Below are positions 1 to 12,250 of a stretch of DNA of 64,000 nucleotides, piece after piece. The number at the start of each line of letters is the position of its first letter. Within the stretch, counting starts at the first letter, position 1. This stretch comes from Lophium mytilinum. Taxonomy: Eukaryota. Under the pieces are notes generated by a model. It saw nothing but the letters and a program-made list of their open reading frames with translations. It was not told the origin of the DNA and did no database searches. The DNA lies in NCBI GenBank assembly GCA_010093605.1, contig MU004187.1, forward strand, positions 992,001-1,056,000. Direction: 5' to 3'. The position numbers and the translations under genes were made by a program.

Positions 1-820
1 CGCCCTCCAACTCCTCAAGGAAAAACGCGACCCCACTCCCCTGATGGAACGCGCCATAACCGAAGCCTGCGAAGCTGCAGCTGCAAAGAAAGTCCTACTG
101 CTTCCAGGGGCTGAGGAGGAGGTATCTAACGCTGGGATCGAGAAATGGACACGAAGCATGCAAGAGCGCTACAACCGTAACGGCCCCGGCAACGCCATCA
201 TGTACACCACATACCAGTGCTACCTTAAGTCCGCCCACGCCAAGCTCGCCAAAGACCTCGCGGCCGCCCAAGAGGGAGGGTATACCCTCGGCGTGAAGCT
301 TGTCCGCGGCGCGTATCTCAACTCCGAGCCCCGCCACCTCATCTGGGACACAGTAGAGGAGACACACAAGAACTACGACGCTCTCGCCGCGTGTCTGCTC
401 AAGCGCCAGTATGGTCCCGGACTGCAGCCCCTCGAGGGCGCCAGCAGCGACAAATTCCCCCAAATCGACCTCGTCCTCGCGACCCACAACCACGACTCGG
501 TCCGCAAGGCACAAGCAATCCGCAACGAGCAGGCTGCTCGAGGCGAGGAGCGCGTGAAGCTGGCTTACGCGCAGTTGCAGGGCATGGCGGACGAGATCAG
601 CTGCGAGCTGGTGCAGGTGGCCGAGCAGGCGGCGGACAAGGCCCTCGACGCGCCACGGGTGTTCAAATGTATGACATGGGGTACGACGGCTGAGTGTCTG
701 AACTTCTTGCTCCGGCGGGCGGCGGAGAACAAGGACGCTGCGGCGCGGACGGTGGATACGCGGAAGGCTATGGCGAAGGAGCTGTGGAGGAGGACGAGGG
801 GGTTGGTGGGGCTGGCTTAG
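1..820 (+). CDS. put1: Proline dehydrogenase, 3' part (runs off window start)
   Basis: Motifs TYQCYL, LGVKLVRGAYL, ATHN, AQLQGMAD and LLRRAAEN are typical of PRODH/Put1/PrnD. Confidence 0.92.
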   Translation, partial: ALQLLKEKRDPTPLMERAITEACEAAAAKKVLLLPGAEEEVSNAGIEKWTRSMQERYNRNGPGNAIMYTTYQCYLKSAHAKLAKDLAAAQEGGYTLGVKLVRGAYLNSEPRHLIWDTVEETHKNYDALAACLLKRQYGPGLQPLEGASSDKFPQIDLVLATHNHDSVRKAQAIRNEQAARGEERVKLAYAQLQGMADEISCELVQVAEQAADKALDAPRVFKCMTWGTTAECLNFLLRRAAENKDAAARTVDTRKAMAKELWRRTRGLVGLA

Positions 821-3090
821 ATGGCATTTTAGAGGGATGGAGCGGCATTGTTACTCGTTGATGGGTTGATTGTTATGGAGTTTTGCTGTACAGCGTTTTG
901 ATAGATGCATTTTATGATAATGAAGCCCATGTGGCGAGAGGTTCTGATGCCAATACGAAGATGCTGCCGTGCCCCCTGTCGTGGAATTCTCCGGGTGTTT
1001 GCAATTGGTGCAAGGGGAATAGGTCGCTGGGTGATCGATGCTCGTGGGCCTCGTATCGCGAACGTCAGACCTGCATCTCATCATCGATTCTGCGCCTGGA
1101 AGTCCTGCGGTGATGGTCGGATTCATCAGGCAAACTTCTAAAAGCACCCAATTCCCCCAGCCTATGCTGCATATCGGAGATTCTAGCCAACAATGCAAGA
1201 CACTCTTCCCTTCGCATGCCATACTGCTCCTTGACCGCACTTCAGGACTCTAGCCCCTAATATATCGTACTGTTTAAGGAGTTTCAGTTCTCATATCTCT
1301 GAGTTCCTTATGGGAGCTTAAATTTCGGTCATCGGGACCTCTATTAACCTCCCATTCCCAACGTCGGGTGGAAACCGATGGTTTCTGAGAGACACGTTTT
1401 GAAGCCGATTTCATCAGGGCAATTCCTCCCCTCAGCACGTCCCCATGTTGGTTGATAGTTAGATAAAACGAGGCCATCGCCTTTAGAGTCGTGAAGATTT
1501 TTGCTCCCACACCCTACAACGCTGGTGGGCTTCCTGGCGGTGTTGGTGAGCCACGCCGAGGGTACCCAGGTACCCAGAACGCAGATTCAACTCCACATCA
1601 GAGTGAATATGCTTGGAGAATTGTTTCCAGAGAAGGTAGATCGTCAGTTTGGTTTTGTAGTTGAGATGAAGTCCATGGGCTCGCCTTCTCATTGGGTGGA
1701 AGGGGCGGGTTTGCGTCGCTTCCTTTCCTTCAGATCATCATTTCCATCACACCGTCATCTAGAATGCTTCTTCTAGGACTCTGTCCACTCAAGAAGACCT
1801 CAGCTTGATATGCTGACCAAGTCCCACGATGATCCGATCCCTGCTGCCCCTTTTCCCACGGCTGTCGCTCGAGGCTGATGTCAACACCTCCGCCAAGCCC
1901 GCACCTCCTCGAAGCCTCCACCTCCACCATCATCGAAGCCCATCTCGATCTGAACACCTTGACCTCTAGGAGGCCTTCTACCGAATATAACGGATGATTT
2001 GACTTGCTGCACGGCGTGAGGCGGCATCAACACGAAGAGAGCCCGCCTCAGCATACTTGACGCGTCTCCTCATCTTCCCTACGTCAACACCACATCTCTC
2101 CGGACCTCCTCCAGCATCCACATTATACTCGTTGAACCTCAGGAGTCACCTCTGATACACCGAAGAATGTGCAGATACCAAGCCGCCTTAGAGTTTTCGC
2201 AAACCCCATCAATAGTCGACTCTGCTCTTCCCTCGAGGGCCCTTGAGGGCTTCGAAACCAGCACTACTTCGCCGTCCATCTCATACGGAGCCATTGATAT
2301 GCATATGAGGGCGATTTGGCATGCCAGACCAGTTCCTGCGACTTCGGCATGGACCGGTTGCACAATGGTAGCACGAATACACAGACGCACACCGCTCCCC
2401 GACAACCGCTTCTTACCTCGCTCGCGTGATCGTCGAACAAACACAGATGGAGCCCTTGGTCTTCTCAGCAGGTCTAACTCGCAAAGACCTCCAGCTTCTC
2501 CCGGTTTAGGATCGAAAGCCGGATTCTCGACTTGTGGCAATGGGGCACCTGCAGCCCCAAGTCGCTCCTACGGCGACCCACAACTCGATCAGCGGCGTCG
2601 TTAATTCGACGGCCCCCTCATCCAAGAAACGACATCGATCCGTAAGAGCCCTTTAGCCGATGGTACCACTGGCCGATTCACTACCCCGGGACGGTGATAT
2701 TGGTGGCAATGCAGCACTACGCAAGGGGCCACCAGCCACAGGCAGCCTGCATCCTGTTGTGGCATGTATCTTTACGGGTTTCTTGAGACAACGGTTTCTT
2801 CTTCTGGCAATGCAACGCATAGTCTGTCGACAACTTCGTCCTCATAGGCAAGCTGGTCGGCTGTTTTCTGGCAGCAAGCCTCGGGAAAGTCTCCTTGTGA
2901 AGGAAAACACACCAGCTAGCCAAAATCGACAACCGTCTTGCTGAAGCATATTCCAAGAAAATATTGGACGCTGCCCGATATCCAGCTGTGAACTCCCAAG
3001 GAGCCCATGAGATAGGAATACGCTCCAGCCAAAGCATTTGTTGACTGGCCATAGTACCCTTCAAGCCCCAGCTGCGTGCCTTGGGGACGA

Positions 3091-3152
3091 ACGTCCATGC
3101 GTCGAAGCAAATTCTCAAGGCACGTCCATGCGTCGAAGCAAATTCTCAAGGC
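3091..3152. repeat. Perfect 31-bp tandem duplication
   Basis: ACGTCCATGCGTCGAAGCAAATTCTCAAGGC occurs at 3091 and 3122. Confidence 0.9.
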
Positions 3153-3689
3153 TTCATCGAGGGTACTGTCCACCCAAACACCCGCTTCCCCCCAATCCAA
3201 ACCGAGACTATCGGCAGTAACCACCGCAGGAACTCCTGACTGGTATCTCATATACAACACAACCGCCTGGCCATAAATATAGCCCGATATGCTAGCCAGG
3301 CAGGATCTTGTCCTGCCCAACCGCTTCCGCTTGATAATTTTAGGGCCTCCGTCTCCGGGTCGAAGACCTCTGCGTCGAACCAACTTCTCAATCCTCTATC
3401 CAGGGTACTGTCCTCCCAACCACCCCTTCCCCTCAATTCAAACTGATACGATCAGCTGACTATACTAAACATGACGCGACTCCGAGGCCACAGCCACACT
3501 CCGGTGCGAAGGCCAGGCAGGATGCTAATCCTGCCCGACCTGCGTCCACTCGGAAACAAAAATATCGTTCAATACATCGACAATGCAGGACATCACTCTG
3601 CCGATCGACATCCACTCAAACGTTCCGGGAACACACAACTACCCTTCGATACGCAAGCATCGTAAATCCACTCCGCCCGACGGCGATTA

Positions 3690-4165
3690 CTCGACGATCC
3701 TGGAGACAAACATTACCCTCCTATTATGGCCAGACTGGGGAGCACCCAGCCCGATCGCATCCGCTCGACGCCCATCAAGATGCATAAAGGTCCTTCCGAT
3801 ATACTGGCCAGACAGGATGTTATCCCGCCCAACCGCGTCTACTCGACGACCCTTGAGACACATTAAGGCCCTTCTATATACTCGCCAGACAGAAAAGGGT
3901 CCCGCCCAACCGCGTCCACTCGAGGATCCTGGAGACACATTAAGGCCCTTCTATATACTGGCCAGACAGAAAAGGGTCCCGCCCAACCGCGTCCACTCGA
4001 GGATCCTGGAGACACATAAAGGCCCCTCCGTATATTGGCCAGACAGGATATAATCCTGCCCAACCGCGTCAACTCGACGACCTTGAGACACATAAAGGCT
4101 CTTTGTGTATACTGGCCAGACTGGATGTGATTCCCGCCCGACCGAGTCCGCTCAACGATCTGGAA
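3690..4165. repeat. 77-bp minisatellite, ~6 copies
   Basis: GCCAGAC anchor at 3729, 3807, 3884, 3961, 4038, 4115. The central copies are near-identical, and related fragments lie at 3295 and 3512. Confidence 0.9.
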
Positions 4166-4304
4166 AACAAATGGTCAATTCACTGCTGTCGTGTTAGTAC
4201 AAGATCTCAATTCACTGCTATTGTGTTAGTGCCTTGGCGCTAAATACTGTTCCGTTAGACACAAGGAGGTCCCGCCTTTGCTGCGCAGAGCCTCAATTAA
4301 AACA

Positions 4305-4525
4305 TTCCCTGGACTCCGGCACCCTGATTCGCCCCAAGAAGCGTCCGCTCGAAGTCCAGCCCACATCCCTGGATCGCTCGTGACACGTCCCGCGATCACT
4401 TCAGGCCCAGGGAAGGGGTTCCCTTCAAGAAGGTATGCCAATGGACAGATCGGATACTTGAAGAATTCTTAGACTCCGGCAACAGGATTCGCCCCAAGGC
4501 ACGCCCTCTGGGAGTCCAGTCCCAG
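4305..4525. repeat. Degenerate direct duplication, 160-bp offset
   Basis: GACTCCGGCA..GATTCGCCCCAAG..AGTCCAG at 4312 and 4472. Confidence 0.75.
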
Positions 4526-4687
4526 GTTGGGACTCCCTCTGAGTAGCTATACCATGGACAAATCAACTATAAACGTTGGAACTATTGGACCGGAAAGGGA
4601 AATTGGGCCGAAGACGACAACGATAGAAACTCTTAAACCTACCTGAATGGAGCCAGCGGCAACCATCCTACTGAGAAAGAAGACTTT

Positions 4688-6198
4688 GGGTTACTTACTT
4701 AGGTTCCCAAGCCCGAGATACGACACCGACAGGAGCTTAAAATATGCTTTGGGAATACGATTGGCAAAATCCCGTGGACAAAGGAGACTCGAGGGGCACT
4801 TTGAGTGGGTTCCCAAGCCCGAGACGGCATAGCCAGACGAACTTGAAACCCGCTACGGGAGGGCGCCATTGGCAATACCCCTTCGAGACTGAGGGTCACT
4901 TCGACTGGGTTCCCAAGCCCAAGGAATTTACCGTATCCGGGGCTGCGGCCGGACCGAGAAACAGATGGCGAAATATTTGAGGATGGGCACACCTACCGTT
5001 CCGAGGAGAGGACTATCAGCCGCATTCCTACTAACGGAAGAGATTTAGGGTCACTTTAATTGGGTTCCCAAGCCCGCGAATAGTAGACTTCTAGCCTCAA
5101 TGCGTAGGACGTTATGGAAAAATCACTTCTAGTTCTTGGAGACATAGCTGGAAAAGACGACCATTCCCAATTGCATATCGAAGACAACGGACTCACCTTT
5201 TTTGACTCGACCATTATGCGATGCGAGCGATACCGGAGAAAGCTTACGTAACGGGCTTCGATAAGATGACCTGCCTGAACGGACTGACGCAGAAACAACG
5301 ACTCGCTGATGCAAATATGCACTCGAGAAGCGATCTTTGAGATTACCTGCCGAGGGCAACATGGAAATATGTTGACGAATCCGATAGAATGACTCATTTT
5401 TATGGGAGACTTCGACACAAGAGATGAACGGGGCACTTTCGAATGGGTTCCCAAGCCCGTAAGATCACCACGCCTGCGGAGTACCTTGGCAAGACTTGAG
5501 TATGCAGCGCTGTTGAATATTGAAAATGACTGCAAGAGCTAAGATGGCCCTGGAATTTGAGTACATGGAGACATAGAGCCTACCTTGGAAGTTTCGAAGA
5601 GTTGAGAAGCGCAAAATCTCGGCGGACTCGATAAGAAACCGTGGGAAGAGTCCGTTGGAGACGGCTGATGGGGTTTAGACGGCTAGAAGACGTCTGACTT
5701 TTGGACTGTGCCGGGAACAAGCTTGACAACTTGGAGGACTTGGCTAGGAGACATGTGCCTGAGAGCACTTCGCCCCCATCAATGGCTTGCGGACTCGAGA
5801 CATTTGACAAGAAGACACCTCCTAGACGGGACCTTAACCGAAAATAACGGCCTGTCAACTCGAAAGGTCGAGTTCAACAAGACATCTACAGCGATACGCG
5901 CAATGAAACCAATACAAAGGAATCCAGACGAGAATCAATACCTGAGACGGTTCTTCTTGAAGAAAACAATCGAATTGACCGAAGATTGGGGTCCTTCGGA
6001 CGGGTTCCCAAGCCCGCGTTCTCCGGTTAGTTGACTGGCCAGAAGCATATGCTTGATTAAAGAAACAGAGGGGTCGCTTCGAACGGGTTCCTAAGCCCAT
6101 ATTCATTAAGGATGGCCCAGCATACGATACCAGTACCAAGAGAGAGAAGAGACGGCCCACCAGATCCTGAGGATACTTCGGATGGGTTCTCAAGTCCG
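4688..6198 (+). repeat. Interspersed array of 8 copies of a ~29-nt motif, consensus GGGKCACTTYGRAYGGGTTCCCAAGCCCG
   Basis: Copies end at 4715, 4821, 4921, 5076, 5459, 6016, 6099 and 6198, separated by largely unique sequence. Confidence 0.9.
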
Positions 6199-6794
6199 TG
6201 ATGCTGAGGATTGCGACAATCGTGTACGAGGAGAAACCACCTACCGGATACGTACCTTGCTATATGGTATTTCGCCTCGAAGAAGCTGCCTCGTTTTCGA
6301 AGTTCAATCGACGTTGATAAGGAAAGGAGAGAAGGTGATTGACTTGCGTTTCGTGTGACTAGGGAAAATGTACCTGGTTGACGAAGGGATTGAGAAAGAG
6401 ATGGAACTCATTCAGATTGTCAGGATGAAGCGCGAGTGCCCGAATCACAGGGTGGATGATCAAGAAAGAGGTTCGGTCTTTACGAAAAGTCACAAAAGAC
6501 TTCAGTCGAAGACCATATCCAACAGACCAGGCCGAAGAAAGCTAATTGATGATGAGGAAATGGATGGGATGAAAATAAACGAAATGGTGTGGGACGATGA
6601 AATGACCTTCCACGCTGAATTATGATATTGAAATGGATGGGATTGAAAAGAGATGAGAATAAGAGAATATTAGATTCAGAGGAGATGGGACCGAGAAGAA
6701 ATGGAGTCTAAGAGAGACTGCAAATGTGCAAATTTCATGTCGAGAGAAAAAGGAGTTGAGAAGAGATGAACCTGGGACGAGAAAGAGTTGAGAA

Positions 6795-6905
6795 GGGAGG
6801 TGACGGAGAAGAGAGGTGAAAGAGAGGTGACGGAGGAGAGAAGTGACGGAGGAGAGAAGTGACGGTGGAGAGAGGTGACGGTGGAGAGAGGTGACGGAGA
6901 AGAGA
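6795..6905. repeat. 16-bp GA-rich minisatellite (AGAGARGTGACGGWGG)
   Basis: GTGACGG at 6800, 6827, 6843, 6859, 6875 and 6891, inside a purine-rich tract at ~6300-7120. Confidence 0.85.
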
Positions 6906-8179
6906 TGTGCCGGGAAAGAGATGGAATCGAGAAGAGATGGCAAGGCCGAAAATCGAGGGAAGTTGAAACTTGCGATACCAGAGAAGCGAAAGCGACAACT
7001 CCTGAAACTCAAGGTCAATGATGAGTGGCTTCCAGGAAAGGTCCGAGACTAGGGCACGACACGCTGCCCGAGATTGCAAGTCTGAGATGAGAGAGGAGAG
7101 AAAAAAGAAAGAAGAACAAGATCCACTAACCTGGGACATCCCTTTGACCTACTGTGGGACATCCACCTACCTGAGTAGAATTCGCTGGTATGCTCATGAT
7201 ATCGAGGAAGATCGAGCTCATCGCCTGTAATTGAGTATTGGCAGACATCTCTTTATCTCGCAAAACCTCCTATGATTCCTGAGTATCCGTAAGCTTGGAT
7301 CGACCGGTCAAGTGTGGCATTACATACTCCACCAGGCTTTCGGCCGCTCCTCCTTTCCGGTCCAGCCATGTGATCCGAATGGTGTTTTATGTGCGCCGGG
7401 GACAGCGAGTCCAACTCCCTGAAAGAAAGGCGACCTGTCCACTTGACAGTAGTGGAGGATTTCAACAAGTAGAGCATGTTCTCATAGTCGCATTGTAGCG
7501 ACTTTCAGCTGGGTCATTTCTGGGAGATAAATGCTCAAAGTCGAAACGTGCTGTCTTAGACGGCTCGAGCAACATCATGGCGGGTGTAGTAACGCTCCTC
7601 CGCGCAAAGATTGCCGGATCGCGACTAAGAAACTTCGAGCCTTCGATGGACAGCGGTTTCGTAAAACGATCGGCTTCGGGGAAAGACTGGTTGTGTTTCG
7701 ACGTGGCTGTCGCGATTCGCCTTGGCGGGGCTGGCGACTGGGGAGGCCAGGCCAAGGTCGTGATGTCTTCCGCATATACGTGTGCTTCGACTATGTCGAC
7801 ACACTCTGGTTTATCTACTGCCAAGGCTATCAGCAAGATGTCTGGATGCGACGGAGACGCATTGCGAAAGCGCAGGCCATACCCGGCCAGGCTAAATCGA
7901 TCCGCGACGGAAGGGTAGATGAGCCAGGACCGGATAAGATTAGGGACGCTTACTCAACTGTTCCAGAATTGCGATGAGGTTTGATGCCTTGTTTGCCGAT
8001 TGTCGGTATCGGTCTGGCTTGGAGAATGGCTGGCGGAGATGTGATGAAGGTGCCGTAGGTCCTGGCATCGCTGCGCGCAAGGAAACGACGATAAGCCTGG
8101 CTCCGACCGACTTGGACGATGAGGAGTGTAAACGAAGCCTCATTCAGTTTCGTTCGGATCTCTGTTGTGGCCGAGTGAC

Positions 8180-8770
8180 TCTGACCGTGGTATTAAGCTT
8201 CGCAGTCCTCCGCAGTCCTCCGCAGCGGTGGTATCGCGACAGGCGAATAGATCGGTATAAGGCTTGCCCAGTCCGCCTGAACAATTCAAGAGGCACAAGA
8301 AGACTTGCCATGCTCGAAGTAGAGACGTCCTGGCTACAGGTCACCTTTGCCGCGGTGTTGAGCCGGACAAGATCTACAAACCCCGCGCCAGCGGCATCCG
8401 CCTGCTGGCGAGGTTCGTAAAGTAGAGGCTTGCAGCTGCCAGTCTGAACGATTTGGCGATGGGGGAGAGACTCACGATGCTTGAAGCGGATGCCTCCTGC
8501 GCCAGATGGCCTTGACCGTGGTGTTGAACCGCCGGAGGAGATTCGCAAACCCTGGCGCCAGCGGCATCCGCGCGCTGGCGGAGTCATGAAGCAGAAGCTT
8601 GGCCCTATCAGTCTAGGTGATGTGAAGAGAGGAGAGAGACTCACGATGTGAGAGGCAGATACCTGCTAGGGCCAGATACCCTTGGCCGCGGTGTTGAGCC
8701 TGAAGAGATTCGCAAGCCCCACGCCAGCGGCCTGCGCATGTTGGCGGAGTTGCGAAGCTGAGGCTTGCTC
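8180..8770. repeat. Degenerate 165-170 bp tandem repeat, ~4 copies, three with a CGCCAGC..GYTGGCG inverted repeat
   Basis: GGTRTTRA anchor at 8189, 8354, 8520, 8690. GGAGAGACTCACGATG occurs at ~8464 and ~8632. Inverted repeats lie at 8386-8410, 8556-8580 and 8722-8746. Confidence 0.8.
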
Positions 8771-9629
8771 GTGAGTTTCAGCTCCCTTAAATGCTTCATG
8801 TCCGTTTCCGAGGCCAGCGCTTAGTGTTTGGGTGTACGCGGGTCGCTCTCGTGGGTCAGGCGAAGCCGGTCGCCGCCATGAGCCTTGCGGCATCGCATGA
8901 ACGAAGGGGACGAGGGTGGGGCGCTGAGAAGCTTAGAAGCAAATACGAGGATGAGGATGTCGATGTCTACCGCCTCGCGAAGGTGAGGGAGTCGATGCTG
9001 CAAGACGTTGTTGGTGTTGTAGGATGAGGGGGTGAGGAGACGGGCGGCGAGGTTTTGACGAAGGCGCGCTTGGTGTTGAGCCCAACAACTCCATAGCGAC
9101 AGCCGCCGACCCCTGAGAATAGGCCCCCGGAATGAGGTTCAGGACGTCGGAGAAGTACTCTTATGTTGCTATCATCATGCGAAAGCAGCTCTGAGGATCT
9201 GGGTTTGCTCCGGCTACTCCGAAGGCCATTCCGGTGTCCGTGGAGCGATCCACAGGCTTTTTCCGCGCGGAAGTAAGGCCGCAACCGCCATAGCTGCTGG
9301 GACGGCTCTCAGTATTGCTCACAGGCTGCGGAAAGGCGATGGCTATGAAGCGCTGGTTCTGGGAAATGCAGAAAGGAGAGGGTCATGCCAGCCCTGCAAG
9401 AATGCGGGCACACAAGGGGGGGCAACGTTTGCGCTCTGAAAAGCGGCATAATGAACCACGCGGTGTCTCAGCAAACATGCCAAATCAATACAGGCACCGG
9501 GACTTAGCATTACGCGTTTCCTCATGGAGCAGCTTTGCTCGGGGCTGCGTGGGGCTGCGCGGGAGTCTTTTAAAGCATAACACGTGCAGGAAGCCGGTAT
9601 GCGACCATCCTTTCAAGAGAGCGACATCA

Positions 9630-10075
9630 CGCAGGCATTCTATCGGACACTAGAAACAGGCTAATTGGCATTCGCGAAGGCTGCATCTTCTTTGAGACCT
9701 CAAGGGGTATTTCAAGATACATATCACGTGTGCAGCGAGATGTTTACGGAAGCCCGATATAGGGAAGCGCAGGATGCGGCCTTCGCTCATCTGGTTTGTC
9801 TTTGTGAAGGCATTCGATCAGGCGTTGGGAATCAGCTCATTGGCTTCGGCAAATGCTACATGTTGCCTTGAAAATTACTCCCGGGGGGTTTTTCAAGACA
9901 TTGTCTCACAAGCCAGTAGGAGAACACGGGAAGGTCGATACTTATGTCCTTCTCTTGTGTACAGCTTCACTCATACAAGGTCCTAGGCACGATGAAAAAC
10001 ATGAGACTGCATTCCGCTCATCCTGCGCGAGAGTCCAGGGGTATCCCAGGGACTCTCTCACGTGGCCAGCGAGAA
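9630..10075. repeat. Highly degenerate ~165-180 bp repeat, 2-3 copies
   Basis: AGGCATTC at 9633/9808, GGGGT.TTTCAAGA at ~9704/~9885, and GGGGTAT..TCACGTG..CAGCGAGA at 9704/10038 (offset 334). Confidence 0.55.
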
Positions 10076-11749
10076 TAATGTGGTAAGCTGATTTTGGCTT
10101 CTTAATGTTGACGTTTGGCATTAGATTCGAATCACAGGGGCGCGAAGAAGGTAAGATATAACGAAGATGCATTCAGGACGTTAGTATACCTAGCAGGTTT
10201 TCAGACGTCCAAACGCCAAGAAACGTAGTTCAGCCCCTATATATGCCAAGCATGCCTGGGAAAAACAAAAGCCTGCCCGCTCTGAACTCCTTTCTCTCCA
10301 CCGCTATCAAGCATCATCGGCTTCAAACTGCATACAATCCTCAATGATCTTGGCTTTTGATCAAGCTCTCTGTTACCCCTTTTGACGGTTGGGGACTGAG
10401 AGCCTATCGGTAAGCTGTCAGGCTTCATTCATACTCACTCCTAGATGCAGGTCACAAGGAACCCCAAAACAACAAGCAAATCACTTGTAATACTCCCTGC
10501 AGGGCAACCCAGGCTTTATCTTTTCGGGTGTCTTCCGGGAAATTACACGAAATCAAGATACCCCCAACGCCGGCGCCCAAGCGCAATGAAACCTGTTCTG
10601 GGACGCATATTAGCTGCTGCTGCGGAAAGTATAGCCAAAACCTAGGGCTTTGCAGGCCCTAGAGATGGGGCGCGCGAATCAGGGGCTTGATACCGACAAA
10701 CTTGCCCAAGCCAAATGGTACTAGGAGCTCTCCCCCCCCTTTCCCCCCTGCCCAAAAATTATCATCACCGTCGTCTTCTTCTCCCTCCTCTCGTCGTCTT
10801 CGTCTTGGTCGTCTTCGGGGGCTATTCGTCCTCGTCCTCGTCCTGCTCTGCTTGTCAGCCATGCTCTAGCCGTCTCATATTCCCATTCCCTCAGGTATGT
10901 TCGTAGGCCCGACGGCTTAGATCGGTCGGTATAGAGGCGTCAATGGGAGGGTTCTTACACGGCAAGTCCAGCGCCTGATGCGGTGGCGACCGCCGGCCGT
11001 GAAGCTAGGGAAAAAATCAGCTTGCTGCAAATTACGTTCTGGCCAAGTTGAACTTACACCGACTTCCCCGCTCGGAGGCGGAGCCAACACCAGTAGATGA
11101 GGCCCGCGATCTTGTTATGCCCCCGTTAGTCTCGCGATCTACATATGCCTGATCAAGGGCTTACGCCGACAGCGCAAATCGCAGCCGCGATCCCGACCCA
11201 TTGCGGGAAGAACCACCACGGCAGAGTCATGGCGGCAAGGTGGAAGGCGAGGTAAGGGTTCGAGGGTTCTCCTAGCTCTTGGTCGGCGGTGCTGCTGGTG
11301 TCGTATGGGGTGCCTATCTTGGTGGTGATGTGGCGCAGGGGTTCTGAGGCTCTCTTTCTGCAGCGTTTCGGGCATTATCAAAAGCTGTGACGCCAAGATT
11401 ATTCCTTGGCGAGGTTTTGTGTCTCCTTCTTGTTGTTCCTCAAGCTCTCTCCCCCAACCTCCTCCACCCCCCATCTCACCATCCTACCTCGACTCTATAT
11501 CCATCAAATATAAGCTGCGCTTCTTCTGAGCCTCATACTCAAGCTCCTCCTGCTTTGCTGCAACCTCCTTGCCCCTATTTCCGAGAGATCTCGGTGGGCA
11601 GCTGCGCTCTCTCCGCCGTCCACCAGCCTCCCTCAAGCCTCGCAGCTCTCTCGCAGTCAACACCTTGTCTGCAGCTGCCCTCAGCTCTCTCCTCCATCAG
11701 CTGATGATTGCCTCCTTCTCTGCGGTCTCGCAAGCCTTCGCCCCCGGCG

Positions 11750-12250
11750 TCGGCGGCGTCGCAGGCGTCGCAGACTCGTCTTGCCCTTCCGCCAGCCTGA
11801 CGAGTCTCCTCCGACGGCGTCAGCTGCCTGAACCTCTATCCGGCGTCCGCAGCTTCCTGCTCTAGCAGCTAGCAAGGGCACCTGCTTCACAAGCTTCTTC
11901 ACGACCTCGCAAACCATCACACTCATCCCCAGCAGCGTCGGAGACGCATCCTGCTCCTATGACCTGCCCCTCCACCGACCTCCGACAGTCTCAGCTGCTT
12001 CACCAAACCTCTACCTACCCAGGCTGCCTTTGACTCTCAAGATCTTGAGCTTACCTTGTTTCTACTGCCGAGATCTTCGCACGGCATCACACCCGCCTTC
12101 AGCACCGTAGAAGATGCGTTTTACTCGTACGACCTACCCCACCGTCTACCTCCAACGGCCTCAGCTGCTTCACCAAATCTATATCTGCTCAGACTGCCTT
12201 CGGCTATCAAGATCGTCAGCTTGTCAAGCATCTCCTGCAGAGATCCTCGC
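11750..12250. repeat. Degenerate 170-bp tandem repeat, ~3 copies
   Basis: CCTCCRAC.G..TCAGCTGC with TCAGCTGC at 11820, 11991 and 12161. Segments 11931-12055 and 12101-12225 align along their length. Confidence 0.8.

Noticed and set aside
4647..6193. Protein repeat (GHFEWVPKP / GFPSPR / GLGTHSKVP) in short ORFs
   Set aside because: Successive copies fall in different frames with many stops, so the peptides are by-products of a nucleotide motif.
4688..6198. Calling the motif array a CRISPR array
   Set aside because: The context is fungal, no cas genes are present, spacers range from ~55 to ~530 nt and the repeats are degenerate.
10906..10985. tRNA-like stretch (GGCTTAGATCGGTCGGTATAGAGGCG)
   Set aside because: There is no T-arm GTTCRA and no acceptor stem at the right spacing.
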